This document shows positions 12,711 to 24,991 of a stretch of DNA of 64,000 nucleotides, piece after piece. The DNA lies in NCBI GenBank assembly GCA_003971905.1, contig RSEE01000069.1, positions 186,001 to 250,000 on the forward strand, in the 5' to 3' direction. The position numbers were made by a program, and so were the translations under genes. Origin of the DNA: Moniliella sp. 'wahieum'. Its lineage: Eukaryota. Position 1 is the first letter of the stretch, and every line of letters begins with the position of its first letter. The notes below the pieces were generated by a model. It was not told where the DNA came from, searched no databases, and was given only the letters and a program-made list of their open reading frames with translations.

Positions 12711-15074
12711 CTATCTCTTATCGTATGCACATATAGTCTCTTCAATGGGTACTATCCACCCCCCTCTGTTTCTTTCTTTGGTACCTGCACTCCTCCCCCA
12801 CCCTCCCTCAGGCCTCTGTTGCACGGCTGTTGTGAGTGGCACTGCCTTTGTTAGGCTTAGCCTGCGCCGCGCGTCTCCTAGCCGTGGTGCCTCCACCTTG
12901 TTCCAGCTGTAAGCAGCTCGTGTAGTAGACACCGCTGGTGCATTCCTCTGTTCTTCCCTACCACCGCCACCTCTTCGCTCAACTCGTTACCTCGTTCTCG
13001 CTCATCTGCCTCTGGTAGCTCCGACCGTGCCGTCCGCCTGCGCAGTGCATCGCTACACCTCACTTCCGCCGTCGATGACTATATGGCCCAGAATTAGTTC
13101 ACGGAAAATGGGGGGAATGAGCAAAAACAGATGGCACATTCCAGCAAAAGCTAGCAGCGAAGTGAATCTAGGTAAACTCTTCGTTTGCCACCTCCTCGGC
13201 CTCGGCAAGTTGAAGACGGTATTGCTCCAACTCATTTTGAAGGAGATGGTACTTGTACTCCCTAGATTGCTGATACGCTCGCAGCGCCACGTTCTCCTCC
13301 TGCAACGCAGCCAAAAGCGCTGCATCGGTCGCCGCCTTGTCAAATAGGATTGCCGATCCATTCGCGATTGGATTGTCGGCCTCGAGGGATCTGCGGTGAT
13401 CAAACCGGCATCTTGCATTGCCTTGAGTGACATGACTCTTCCTTCCACTCCTCCCCATGGGGCGAGGGAGGGTCCAAGTGCGGCTCGAGCAGTGTGTCTC
13501 CCAGATCATCACTTGGCTCCGGCCCGAGGTCTACTTGCTCCGAACTTCCACTTCCACCCGTCCTGCCTTCAGAGCATGTAGACAAGACGAAGCTGTGCCG
13601 ACGCTGCCTTCTCCTGGCCAGGAGTCGTTGCATCTGGGCTAGGTAACGGCGTCTCGACCATTTTCTTCTTGCACCGATCTGTCCAGGTTTGCTTGTCCTT
13701 CTGGTGAGCGGCCACAGTGGACTGCTTGTAACGTTTCCAACTGCTCTTCCCGATTCGTCACCCGCTCTACCAACAGCGCCAACTGTTCCCGGAGGTACTT
13801 GTTTTCCTCTTCCAACTCGCCCAGCACGTCCGTGTCTCTTCCACTGAGATCGCAACGTGTCTGGCTCTCGGACAACTGCACAACGGGTCAGTCTTACGAT
13901 TCTCCACATCCTCATCGTGACAGCTCCCAAGATATGTATTTGGAAGGGAAAAACGTACTTTTTTCTCGCACGTTTCTTCCAACTGCACCGCCAGCGCGCG
14001 CAACGTCTCCCGCCTCGACTCTGACAGGAGCAGGTGCCGTGCCTCGGCAAACCGAAATACATCGGTTGCCACTTGCTCCTCATCCACGTCCCGCCGGGGA
14101 GACGGACCGGCTCCACTTCTTCCTGTGCCGGACGGCGCACCGCTGCAATCCCCGCTGCCAGGCTACGTCCGAGCCCTGAAGTCAGCGTCGACGCGCTGGC
14201 AGAAACGTGGGCAGGTTGACTCCTGGCCAGAGGGGTCGGCGCTGACCCAAGAGGATACAACGGGAATCGGGGGGGAGCAGAAGCAGTGAGAGGGGGGTAG
14301 AAGCAGAAACAGGAGCGGGCGGGGAAGTAGGGGTATCGGAGGAGCAGTGGGACTTCCCGCCAGCTCACCGGCCGACCCGCGTCCAGATCCAGGACCCTGA
14401 TCGGGGGCGGGGACGAAGGCGAAGAGCGCGGAAGGGGGTCGGGATCCGTGTCGCGATCGGCAGGCTGTTCGTCCCCCTGTTCAACTGTAGCCGCGACTGT
14501 GGCTACAGGGGACGACGACGCAATGGCCGCTCCCGCCTGGGGCGAGACAGGCTCGTCCGCCTCGGTGGATCCGGCCAGATCGACGACAGGCAGCTTGCTC
14601 TCCTCCGGAAAGAGGCTTCTCTCATTACCCACCGAGGTGCGGACCGTGTGTCTCGAGGCGCTTGTTGCTCACGGCGGGGTGAGCGCGCTGGGGTGGGGGC
14701 TGGTGAGTTCTGCACCGACAAGGACGTGGGAGCCAGCCATGGGTCACGGGATTGTGGGGCTGCACCGGCCGCGTCCTCAGTGGCTTGGTCTATGGGCAAG
14801 GGCTCGTCGGAGGGCGGGGGCGAGTGCAGGGGGGAGGGCGGGGCATCTTGGAAGGAGTCGAACTCAGCCGAGTGGGAGGAGGCGAAGGAAGGGGATGCAG
14901 GTCGCTCGGGGATTTGCTGCGGTCGCGTCGGTGCTGGAGGGCCTCAGGCCCCTCAGGGGTTTGGGACATGTGGTGGATGTGGGGCAGAGGGACGAGGGTG
15001 ACCCCATGAGCATGGCTGGAAGAATTGAAAGTGGTAGGGGAGATGGAAATGCCGTCTTGGTCGGTCTGATGCAT
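12711..15074 (-). CDS. Hypothetical protein: disordered Pro/Ser-rich N-half, coiled-coil C-half (boundaries uncertain)
   Basis: Heptad-like segments LGELEEENKYLREQLALLVERV and LAALQEENVALRAYQQ..LLQNELEQYRLQL in successive frames. No recognised domain. Confidence 0.5.
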
Positions 15075-16625
15075 CGAGGTGTTTTCTGAAAACTCCGTAT
15101 GCGGGGTGGACAATAGATCACCGATCACACACGACATGTTGCCAGCTTTTCTCCCAAGCAGACACTCCCTGATCGGCAAGCCAACTCACAGGGAAGTGCC
15201 TCCCTCAGGCCTCGCTCCCCCAAGCAGCACAGCAGTGGGCTCAAAAGCGCAAGTAACCAGGAGGACACTCAGCTGGACCAAAGACATATAGTAATGACGA
15301 GAGAAAATGATGAGACCTCTGGAGTCATCGTGATGGTCGTCGAGGGTGATGCAATGGCGCACCCTTGTGGTGGCGGTGGTCTAAGCCAACCAGCAACGCC
15401 CACAGGAACATCACGCAGCGAGTTGCCACCAGGGGCTAAGCTGCGGAACAGGAAAACAGTAGGGAGATATAAAACAACGGAACTCCTAGGCCTGAGGAGG
15501 AACTGAAGGGACGTTGGCCAAAGCACGAGCCACCCGGTGGCTCAGCAGAGAATGAGATTCCACGCCAGAGGCGCGTACTCTGATAAAACTACTTTGATAG
15601 AAAGTCTCTTTATCCCCCCCTGTATGGAAGCGGCCTTAGCATGCAAACTCCTGTTGTGCTTTGCGTTATTCTTTTTAGCATCGTAGCGTCAATATCAGGG
15701 GCCTTAGGCCTTAGCATGCACTGCCTGCCAGCCACAGCGCAGGGTTTGGCGGGGATAGCGATCGCTTGCTAAGGGCTGCCGATGATCGAGATGAACTCCA
15801 CGTGTGGGGGTTGCGAGGTAACCCTTGAGAGAGGTATGTATAACGAGCTATGGACAGATGTTGCTTGTCGCAGTTTGTCTCCCTTTCCTCTCCCGCCTTT
15901 TGCATTCAATTGCCCCCGAGGCCGGACCGAGGGGCCTGAGGAGAGGCTGGCATCTCCTTGACTTCGTGCTCTCTCGTCTGATCAGTCGCTCTGTCCAAGT
16001 CGCGGCCTTCCATTTGTTCCTACTGTTGTTGTGTGGGGAGATGTGCGATTGCATCATAGTATAGCAGTAGCCAAGCCACTCGCATACGCGCGCGCCATTT
16101 GCAGCCCCTTTCTCGACTTTGGCATGTCCTGTCCAGGCCTCCTTCTCTTCCCTCTCTTTCGCGGATATAATTGAATCAATACCAGCTGCTTGGGTGACTC
16201 GCCAAAGACGAGGCGTTTCTACTATACGGCTCTGTCCGTCGGCGTCGTGTCTTCCCCGTCGTCGCCTTGGTTCGCGGCGTCTCTCTCATGCATGATGCAT
16301 GATGCAGATGCAGGGCATATGGCATCATGGATCCATCACCGGGTGACAGTGATCTTGCCGTTCCGCTCAGAGGCGGAAGTTTGGTCCTACGTACCACTTT
16401 TTTTTTTTTGGCGTAGCCATGCTAAAGTGGGTGGTTCTGTACTTGGCCCCCCGAGCGCGGAGTCCATCCAAGTGGGGTTTGTTTTGCCTGGCTTGGCAGT
16501 TCGGCCTCGGCCGCTAAATCTGGAACGCCGATGGGCAGATCTGATTTTCTGCATCCATCAAACCGCTTGCCCCTTTCTTAATACCCCCCCCTCCTCCCCT
16601 CTTTCTTTCGCAGACCAGCACCACC

Positions 16626-17859
16626 ATGTCTAGCGAATCGACATACACCGGCAGCGCTGCACACCTCGACAAGCTCTCGAGCGCTCTGCTTTCTTCGAGC
16701 GAGCCACTCGATGCTCGCTTCCGTGCTCTCTTTACGCTCAAAGGCCTGGCAGCCAAGCGTGACGATTTGGTCAAGCCCGTAATTGACATTATCAGCAAAG
16801 GCTTTTCGGACGACAGTGCACTTCTCAAGCACGAACTCGCTTACGTCCTTGGCCAGCTAGCGACGAGCGCGCTGTGCCCATCCTGGAGGACTTGGTGGAG
16901 CGGATGGAAGCGCAGCCCCCCATTGTGCGTCACGAGGCCGCAGAGGGTCTGGGTGCCATTTCCTCCGCCTCCAACGCCTTGCCTCTCCTCCGCCGCCACG
17001 CGAAGACCCCAAGGAGGACATTCACGTTCGCCAAACATGCGAGCTTGCGATCGCCAAGATTGAGTGGGACCATACCGAGGAGGGTGCGCGCCTGGTTAAG
17101 GAGAAGGCAGAGAAGACCAAGCTGGCCGCTCGCGGACAAGGGGAGGAACACGAGGCATTTGCGCCCATCGACCCAGCCCCTGCTTTTGTGAAGGAGGGCA
17201 GCTCGTCCATGCGGCCCCTCGCCCCGGAGGCATACGACGTACCGGCCCTCCGGGCGACGTTGACGACGAGCAGACTTGTTCGCTCGGTACCGTGCCATGT
17301 TTTCGCTTCGCAACGCGGTACATTCGTGTCTGCGTGCGAGCGAAGCATTGGCAGGGCGAGACGCTGCGCAGGCGGAGGCGCTGGAGAAAAAGGCGGACGA
17401 CGCCGTCTTGGCCCTTGCCGCCGGATTGGCTCGGCCAGCGCCAGGCAAGGAAAGGCCTGGTGGGGCACTGTTCCGCCACGAGATCTGCTTCGTCTTTGGC
17501 GAGCTGTGCCACAAAGCCTCGATCCCGGCCATGGTGGACGTGTTGAACGACGGGGAGGAGAACGAGATGGTACGGCATGAGGCGGCCGAAGCGCTCGGGG
17601 GATTGCCGAGAAGCTGTGGACGAAAACCCGTCCGAGTTGGATGCCGAGAACAGCGAGGAGGGGTGGGACATGTGCTTGCCACCCTCCGGCGCTGGGCTCA
17701 GGACATGGGTGCCCCCCGTGTGGTGCGTGAAAGCTGTGTGGTGGCGCTGGACGAAATCAAGTGTGAGTGTGGTGGGGATGCGTGTGTGTGGGGCGCGTGC
17801 TGACGTCCTTTTGTGTGGCAGACAACAACGACCCATCGCAGTTTCAGCCGATGGAGTAA
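16626..17859 (+). CDS. LIA1: Deoxyhypusine hydroxylase (HEAT-repeat, eIF5A hypusination)
   Basis: RFRALFTLK and four HE motifs: [56 protein letters not shown] follows. Intron 17763-17821 gives the C-terminus [12 protein letters not shown]. Confidence 0.95.
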
Positions 17860-18340
17860 CCTATCTGGGAAGCTGTATGAGGCTGGTTCTTTTCCAAAAC
17901 GATGCTATGCTCGATCCATCAAAGATAGGCTCTTTGGGCTGAGGGCGAGAACGAGGAGAAGCGAGTGGGGGTGTGGGGAGGGCGGTATATAGCACTCTGT
18001 TCACCGGAGCTTTCGCCAGGCCAACTGTGCAAAACGTTCGCGATGGAGTAAAGCTTGAAGTGAACAGTGAACATTGAACATTGAATCGATTTGCTTTGAA
18101 AGTTGCAGGCTGCGACAGGATCTGGCCCGATACACGCTAAGCGCTAAACCTTCAATTTCATGCACTGATCGATGCAATATATGCCTCCGCTCGCCTTTCA
18201 CGTGGCGTGGGGTAGCAAAGCCACCAGAGCTGCCTCCTGCCCTCGTCGGATCATCCCGTCGCCCTCAGCGCCCCCGCCACCACCCCGGCCGCTCCCTTGC
18301 CTAGCACCCCCACCCCGCCCATGGCGTAGCATCCCTGGCC

Positions 18341-21300
18341 ATGGCGACCCCCTACTCGGCCGGACAGCTAGCCCGGCGTGACTCCCTTCGCCGCCCCCTT
18401 GCCCCTGCCCCCTCCGACCTCACCATCAGCACCAACACCAGCACTAGCACTAGCACCAGCACCAGTCTCAACACCAGCACCAGCCCCAGTCCCAGCGCCG
18501 CCCCCCCCACCCGTCGCCGTCGCCGCCGCTCTCCCCGCGTGCCGCCACCCCTCCTCCTATTGCTGGCGGAGTGGCAGTGACCGACATTTTCATCCTTGCT
18601 CTCTCGGGCATCCTTGCCCTCCTTCGCAGCCTTCCTCTTGCCGAGCTCTTCGACTTTGTCATGGCCGCGGCCTGCAAGCATGTACGTGACCATTTCTGCC
18701 GGCTTGTTCACTGGCGTCTAGTTTCTCGGACACTACCTAGCCTCCCCTTCTGCTCTCCCGTTCAGCTACCGCGGTCCTACGCACCGTATGGTCCCATGTT
18801 CCATCTCATTTCCATCTCATTTGGGCGGGACCGACCAGCCTCTGGGCCCACCAGTCTCGTCTGCGCGCCAAAGGGGATGCTCCCCGCCGTCGAATCTCCT
18901 CCCGTCGTATGACGCCGCACCAGTCCCTACCAGCACTCCCAATCTGGAGTCCGCCGCTCCCACTCTTCCGTCTACATCGGACCCCCCAGCCTTACCCGCA
19001 CCCCTTCCCCATGTCAAGCAGCAGTACTCCGCCCATTTGGCTCGGCGGAAGCAGTCCACCCACTGCCCTTGGCCCTCTTCCGGGCCCACTTGACCGCACC
19101 AATCCCCATGTGCTCCCTTGGATTTATGGAGTCCGTCGGACGACGCTGGATCCGAGTCGGAGCCTGAATCGGAGACGAGCATTCTGACTACTGCGGGCGA
19201 GGCGCATGACCCTCTTCCATCATGTTGTCCTTGTCTTGGCTCGGTTTGCCTGTGAGAATTTCCCGTTTCTTGTTCCTCGCGTCCTGCTATCGGAGGAGAC
19301 AATGACGCCCTTTGTGCGCTGGCGCACCGGCGTGGGGCTGGAGCATTGATCGTGAGTATGGCCCAGATGGGTCCACGGACGGATGTTCGTCGGGGTCAGC
19401 CCCGAACAAATCGTTCCGCGCCTATTGGATCGGAGGGGATAGCCACCTTTCGGAAGTGCGAAGGAGCGACCCGGCAGGGCGCCAAGCCACGACCATCGTT
19501 TGGATCCACGGCGGGGGCTTCGTGCTAGGCAGTGTCGCCTTTTATGCTGAATCGCTCTTACGCATCTTGGCCAAAGTCTGTGCGATAGAGCACGATGCGG
19601 CAGTGAACGAGGGTGCCCCACCTCCCTGGCCTGAAGCACGGTGCATCGCCATCGAGTATAGCCTCGGTCCCAACGCCCGCTTCCCTGACGCTTTGCTTGA
19701 GTGCTGCGGGCCTACGCCCATTTGATTGAGTAGAGCGGATCGACCCTGAATCCATTGTCTTCGCGGGCGACAGCGCAGGAGGCAACTTGGCCCTTGCCAT
19801 GATCCTCGCCCTGAGTGGACAAGGTCAAGACCCGTCTGTATGGGACGAACGGGATTGGTCCGCCCTCCCGCTGCCGGGCAAAGCCGTGCTTCTGTCTCCC
19901 TGGGTGGACCTTCGACCCAACGAAGCTATGGCCTTTCAATCCCTCCGCCAGAATCTGCCCCCGTCCTTCTGCTGGTGAAGCGGAGCCCACCGAGTCAGAA
20001 TCTTCCTCCGACGAGACCGAAACGGCGGTCGGAAGAGCGTGGGTTCGACAGTGACAAGCAAAGTGAGAACCCAGGGACCGACTATTTGGCGCCTGAGGGG
20101 TGCTGCACTTTTCCCAAGTCTATTCAGGTGTTCTGGACACTCCTCGGCGGGTCAGCGGTCCAGCCGGATGGATTGCAGGGCTATTGCGGAAACTCGACAC
20201 GGCACCGACGGTCGAAGCGTTGGATGCATTTCTTCCTGAGGCCAGCCGGGGAATGGCTTCCTTCGGGCGATCAGTGAGTAGTGCGGTGTTGAGCGTGCTT
20301 GATGCGCCTCTGTTTGAGCGCTCTCTTCCACAAGAGGGCAAGAACAGCTCAGCAGTGATCATCCCATCCAAGGCTTACTTTGGCATGACCCCTCTCTTGG
20401 GTCCATCAGAGCGGGCTTCAAAGCCAGTACCCAGTTCAGGCGAGCTGTACGAGGCAAGCCTGGCGTTCGGGTCAGGACGCGGCCAAGAAGCCGATCGAGA
20501 AGCCGATCAGAGCTGGATGCACATGAGCTAGCAGCAGAAGTCCAAGCGGATGAGCCATTAATGTCTCCCGTAGCTGGGGATTGGTCTCAGATTCAACTGG
20601 CCCGCGGGATGGTGGCTGTGTACGGCTCGAACGAATTGCTCGCCCCTGACATTCAACGGTGGTGTGAGGCTTCAGGTGCGCGGTCAATTGTCCAGCATGG
20701 GCCAACGGGCGTACATGCCTGGCCGCTGGTCAACATGTACATTGCTGGTACCCCCTATGAACGCGAACGAGGATTGGACTTGGTAGCTCGTGCCATGGCT
20801 CGGGTCCGACGAAGCTACCGTCGTCTCCCGGAGCAGGACTTTATATCCCCATCCTGGCTCGTCTCCCAGCGTTGAGTTGTCACCAGGATCCATGCCTTCG
20901 GACGCGTGGACCATCGATAGTCCCAACCTTCCCCAGGAGGCGCCGCACATTGCGTATCCGCCCGACTATCCTTTCCCCCTCTTTGGCGACACGCCTAGCG
21001 AGCCCACCCCCTCCGATAGCCCTGCTGGGTCTGATTCGGATGGGGAAGAGGACGGCAACAAGCTGAGTGGTACGCCGCTGGACACGTACCCCCCTTCACG
21101 TCCCCTTGCTTCCTCAAGCGGCACCAGCGCATGGTGGACCAGCGTGCGCTTACTCCTCCTCCCAGTCACAACCCGTCGCACCCCCTTGAACCCATCTCGG
21201 AACATGCCGGCTTCACCCCCCTCCCGTTGTACGAGACCCGCTCCTGCGAGACGTACGTCTCGATGGGTTGTCAGACATCACGGAAGAGACGGAAATTGGG

Positions 21301-21558
21301 AGTGTCAGTTCTCCCCCGAACTGCTCGCCCGCGCAAGCGGGAGTGCATTCGGCCTCCCTAGTTTGGCTGCAGCGGCTACCGCCACCACTCGACTGCGGGT
21401 ACGCCGGACATGGGACCGGCTTTGCATGTGCAAGGCTTGGGCAGGCTGGGGACAAGCTTCGTAGTTACCTCGAGAAGGGACCGACCCCAAACGCTGACGC
21501 GCCGTCTGTCGGAACCTCGCGCCGCGCTGGCTCAAGTTCCGGAGACGTATGGTGGTAG
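18341..21558 (+). CDS. Alpha/beta hydrolase, hormone-sensitive-lipase-like (Say1/Mug81-like), with long disordered termini
   Basis: [36 protein letters not shown] (catalytic Ser), [13 protein letters not shown]. The start is tentative. Confidence 0.82.
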
Positions 21559-22439
21559 TGGTGAGCACGGGGTTGCCACCGTGTTGCCACACGCATGCAG
21601 CACGCATGCACTTGTACAAATGGACTTTGGATGTGGCGCACATACTAGTGCGTTCGATTATAACTACGATCATCGGCTCTTTTCTTTGGTTTGGGTGTTG
21701 GCCCTGGGCCCTTTGATGATGTTCGGCTTACCTGTGTCGCATTCGTCTGGCTTCTTCATCAAGTCTGGGAAGTATTCCGATGTCAATATACGTTTATCCC
21801 TACGACAGCGCTTGTAGGGCGCCTACTATAGCCTGGGAATTCACTGTCAGTGTGTAGTTTGGTTTCTAAACATGGATATCCGCAGTGTTGTAGTACCAAT
21901 GTCCTGTTCTCATGCTCGCTTCCCCGAGGTGGCCGGCGGGCCTCGCTCCATCCGCCAGCCGCCGAGATGTGCGCCAGCTTCAATGCTATTACACCCGCCA
22001 TGGCGCCTGGGCGATTCGTGAGAGTATCTTCGAAGCCTGTTGATGATTACCATGATCCTGCGGCGCATCAATCTGGCAATAGCCAACTGGCAGTCGTATA
22101 ACAGCGGACTTGGAGGGGCACCCCGAACCTCGTACATGTTCCGGTATTTGCGTGGTGGGACGCGGGTTTACCATCACAGGCTGTGAGAGGGCACATATAA
22201 CAAGCGTGAATCGCATGCATATACTGTTGCCTCCGTCCTACACCCCGCCTGGCTTTACGTCCATCCTCAACGCAGCCGTCAACTACATCAAGGCCCCTGT
22301 GGTCCTGCCATCAAAAGAGTCTGTCGGTTCGTTACAAAAGGGGTGTGCATTGAATAGCCAAAAACTTGCACTGTTTGCGACTGTGTTGGATCGTCCCCTT
22401 GGGTGCTACTGGCCAATTCTGGGGAAGAGGGGCAGGTCG

Positions 22440-22555
22440 ATCACGTGCCAGAACCCTAACGTGTCGCCATCCCCAGCGGGTGTGTTGCTGCGGCGTAATC
22501 TCAAAATCCCTACTGCAGTAGTGCTGCCACTCGATTATTTTACAGCCAAACCCTA
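22440..22555 (+). promoter_or_regulatory. RPL6 upstream motifs: E-box ATCACGTG next to telomere-like AACCCTAA, second AAACCCTA
   Basis: ATCACGTG 22440-22447, AACCCTAA 22452-22459, AAACCCTA 22548-22555. Confidence 0.5.
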
Positions 22556-22721
22556 TTTCTGTCTCCGCCACCGAGGGCATCTCCGCTGTTGGCGCTGTGC
22601 CCCCCACCCACTCAACCACAAGACCATCAAGGCTCGACTGGTGAGTAAGAGCTCCGCCAAGCACGCCCTGCCACCGCTCCGGACGCTAACGTTGCCCGTT
22701 ATTCCCCTGACACAGATCAAA

Positions 22722-23318
22722 ATGGCTGCCGTCAACGCTGCTGCTCCCAAGACCAAGCCTTTCGGCAAGGGCACCCGCACGCTGCCGGCCCAGCGGGCAC
22801 ACAAGTACTACCCTGCCGTTGACGCTCCTCAGCCCAAGGTGACGCGCAAGATCAACAAGCCCACCAAGCTGCGCGCTAGCATCACGCCCGGTACCGTGCT
22901 CATTCTCCTTGCCGGTCGCTTTGCCGGCAAGCGCGTCGTCTTCCTGAAGCAGCTCGCTTCGGGCTTGCTCCTCGTCACGGGCCCTTTCAAGGTGAACGGT
23001 GTTCCCCTTCGTCGCGTGAACCAGGCCTACGTGATTGCCACCTCGACGAAGATCGATGTGAGCAGCGTTTCGGTGCCTGAGAATGTGACGGATGCCTACT
23101 TTGCTCAGGAGAAGACCCGTGGCCCCAAGCCCGAGCAGGCCTTCTTCCTCGACCCGGCCAACAAGGCGGCCCACCCGGCTGCCAAGGTCGCCGACCAGAA
23201 GGCGATTGACCAGGCTGTGATTGCGGCCGTCAAGAAGGCTGGCCCCACCCACCTCAAGTACCTGGCCACCACCTTCTCTCTGAGCAACTCGGACAAGCCC
23301 CACGCGATGAAGTTTTAA
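22722..23318 (+). CDS. RPL6: 60S ribosomal protein L6 (eL6)
   Basis: KLRASITPGTVLILLAGRFAGKRVVFLKQL..VTGPFKVNGVPLRRVNQAYVIATST, ending PHAMKF*. 5'-UTR intron 22641-22715 (GTGAGT..GCTAAC..CAG). True start is ATG 22722, not the ORF-track start. Confidence 0.97.
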   Translation: MAAVNAAAPKTKPFGKGTRTLPAQRAHKYYPAVDAPQPKVTRKINKPTKLRASITPGTVLILLAGRFAGKRVVFLKQLASGLLLVTGPFKVNGVPLRRVNQAYVIATSTKIDVSSVSVPENVTDAYFAQEKTRGPKPEQAFFLDPANKAAHPAAKVADQKAIDQAVIAAVKKAGPTHLKYLATTFSLSNSDKPHAMKF

Positions 23319-24204
23319 GTGGGGATTCCCCTCACCACGGTCTTACAAGTGTCTTTTTCCCCTTCCATGTCCTTAGCGCGCATGGCAGGGGAAGAGAACT
23401 TCGGTCTGTCCGCCGATGGGCTTGTCGCTCCGCTGGTTTCCACAGCGACCAGGGGGGATAGCTTATGGGAAATAGTGTTCCCCCCGTTCGCACCTCATAC
23501 TTAGCCGCTCTCTCCTATGCCTTGCCATGTACCCCCTCCCCGGCGCTACGCGCCCAAAATGCTCATACGCCAGTATGATCGGAACAAGTGTTGATTGTTG
23601 GCTCGGCTCGATAGATACATACGTGCGTCAGCAGTGTGGCCTGGTGAAGATAGATACCTGACCGTTGGATGGCACCCCTTGACGGTACGGATCACAACGC
23701 TTTTATATTGGGGGCCCTGTGCTCCTCAACGGCCGATACGCCTACACTATGGTTCCTTCGACCGGCCTTTCTTTCACCTGCGTAGATGTATAGTTGTAGA
23801 CGGTGCCTCACTTTCAAAGGGGACCAGTATCCCGCTTACTTAACGCAGAATGGCTGATTGGTGCGGGTGGGGGGAGCTTCGTTTTGATGTGGCGACGACT
23901 CCTCGCAAAAGGGGTACTACGGTAGACCAACGCCTCCCCATGGCCAGCATCACAAGCTCGGGAGTTGCTTCCTTCCTTCCGTCCGGACCTATGAACGAAA
24001 CCCTTCCCATCCACACAGTTGATCGCATGCGGGATCGGCTAGGCGCCAGATCCAGGAGGGGATGCATATAAGCATGGGTAGCGCCAATTACCACCCGGGA
24101 ATAACAGCATGCTACAACGTAGCAAGGCCCAGGGGGCAATTGGCAGTTTTTGTGGGTGCGTGCCGAGCCAGTGGGTGTAAGCGAACGAGTTGTACAATTC
24201 ATGT

Positions 24205-24577
24205 TTAGACTGTCAAGCAAAATATGTTAGCAAGGTTCGGGTAGGGGTGGGGCGAGGTAAACGCACTGTTCGAGGGGTAGAGCATGATGCGCACGCTCTT
24301 GCCAAAGGCAGCAGGGGGAATGTTGGTGGCAAACTTGGCGCGGACCACACCAGAGTTACCGTGGGAACGAGTGACGCGGCCCCAGATGACGCGGACCTTG
24401 GTGCCACGGATCTCCTTGGTGCCCTTGTACACGTAGGCCACGCGCTTGCCAAGGTAGAACTTGGACTCGGCCTGGCTGCTCACACCACTCGATCTGGATG
24501 AGCGAGGTGTGGGGATGGCTGACGTGCTTCGAGCGCTGGTGGCCCTGGATGCGACCCTTGGCGTAAAGGCGCGACAT
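24205..24577 (-). CDS. RPL33: 60S ribosomal protein L33/L35A (eL33)
   Basis: [55 protein letters not shown]. Intron 24210-24266 supplies the final I*. One frameshift near 24485. Confidence 0.96.
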
Positions 24578-24991
24578 TGTTCTTGCTGGTAACGTCGGTG
24601 CGGTGGGAGTAACGTCTGCTGCGTAGGCCACCGCGGTGTTGCTGGAGGCGAAGCGAGGCGGCAGGAGGTATAATAGGGTTGCATGCGGCACAGGCCGACT
24701 GTTCAAGTCATTTATTGCGCCTACCGCTGGGTGCTGACCCCCAGCCGTCCTGGTTGTACTGCTGGTGGCGGAGTGGATCGAGGTCACGTGCATCCCCGAA
24801 CGTCTGATCTCCTGTCATTTTGAAACCGAGAGGGGGCGGAGGCATCACCCATCACACATCAAGCCCGTGCGCCACGGATTGTGGGTCGGGATCGCACTGC
24901 TACCACTACCAGCAACGACAACAGCGAAGACGACGACGGCTGCCACCCCCACCGCCACCGCCACCATCGCCATCACCACCTGCCTCCCTAC

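Noticed and set aside
22110..22721. 200-aa N-terminal extension of RPL6 in the ORF track
   Set aside because: This is an open frame through the promoter and a 5'-UTR intron; homology starts at ATG 22722.
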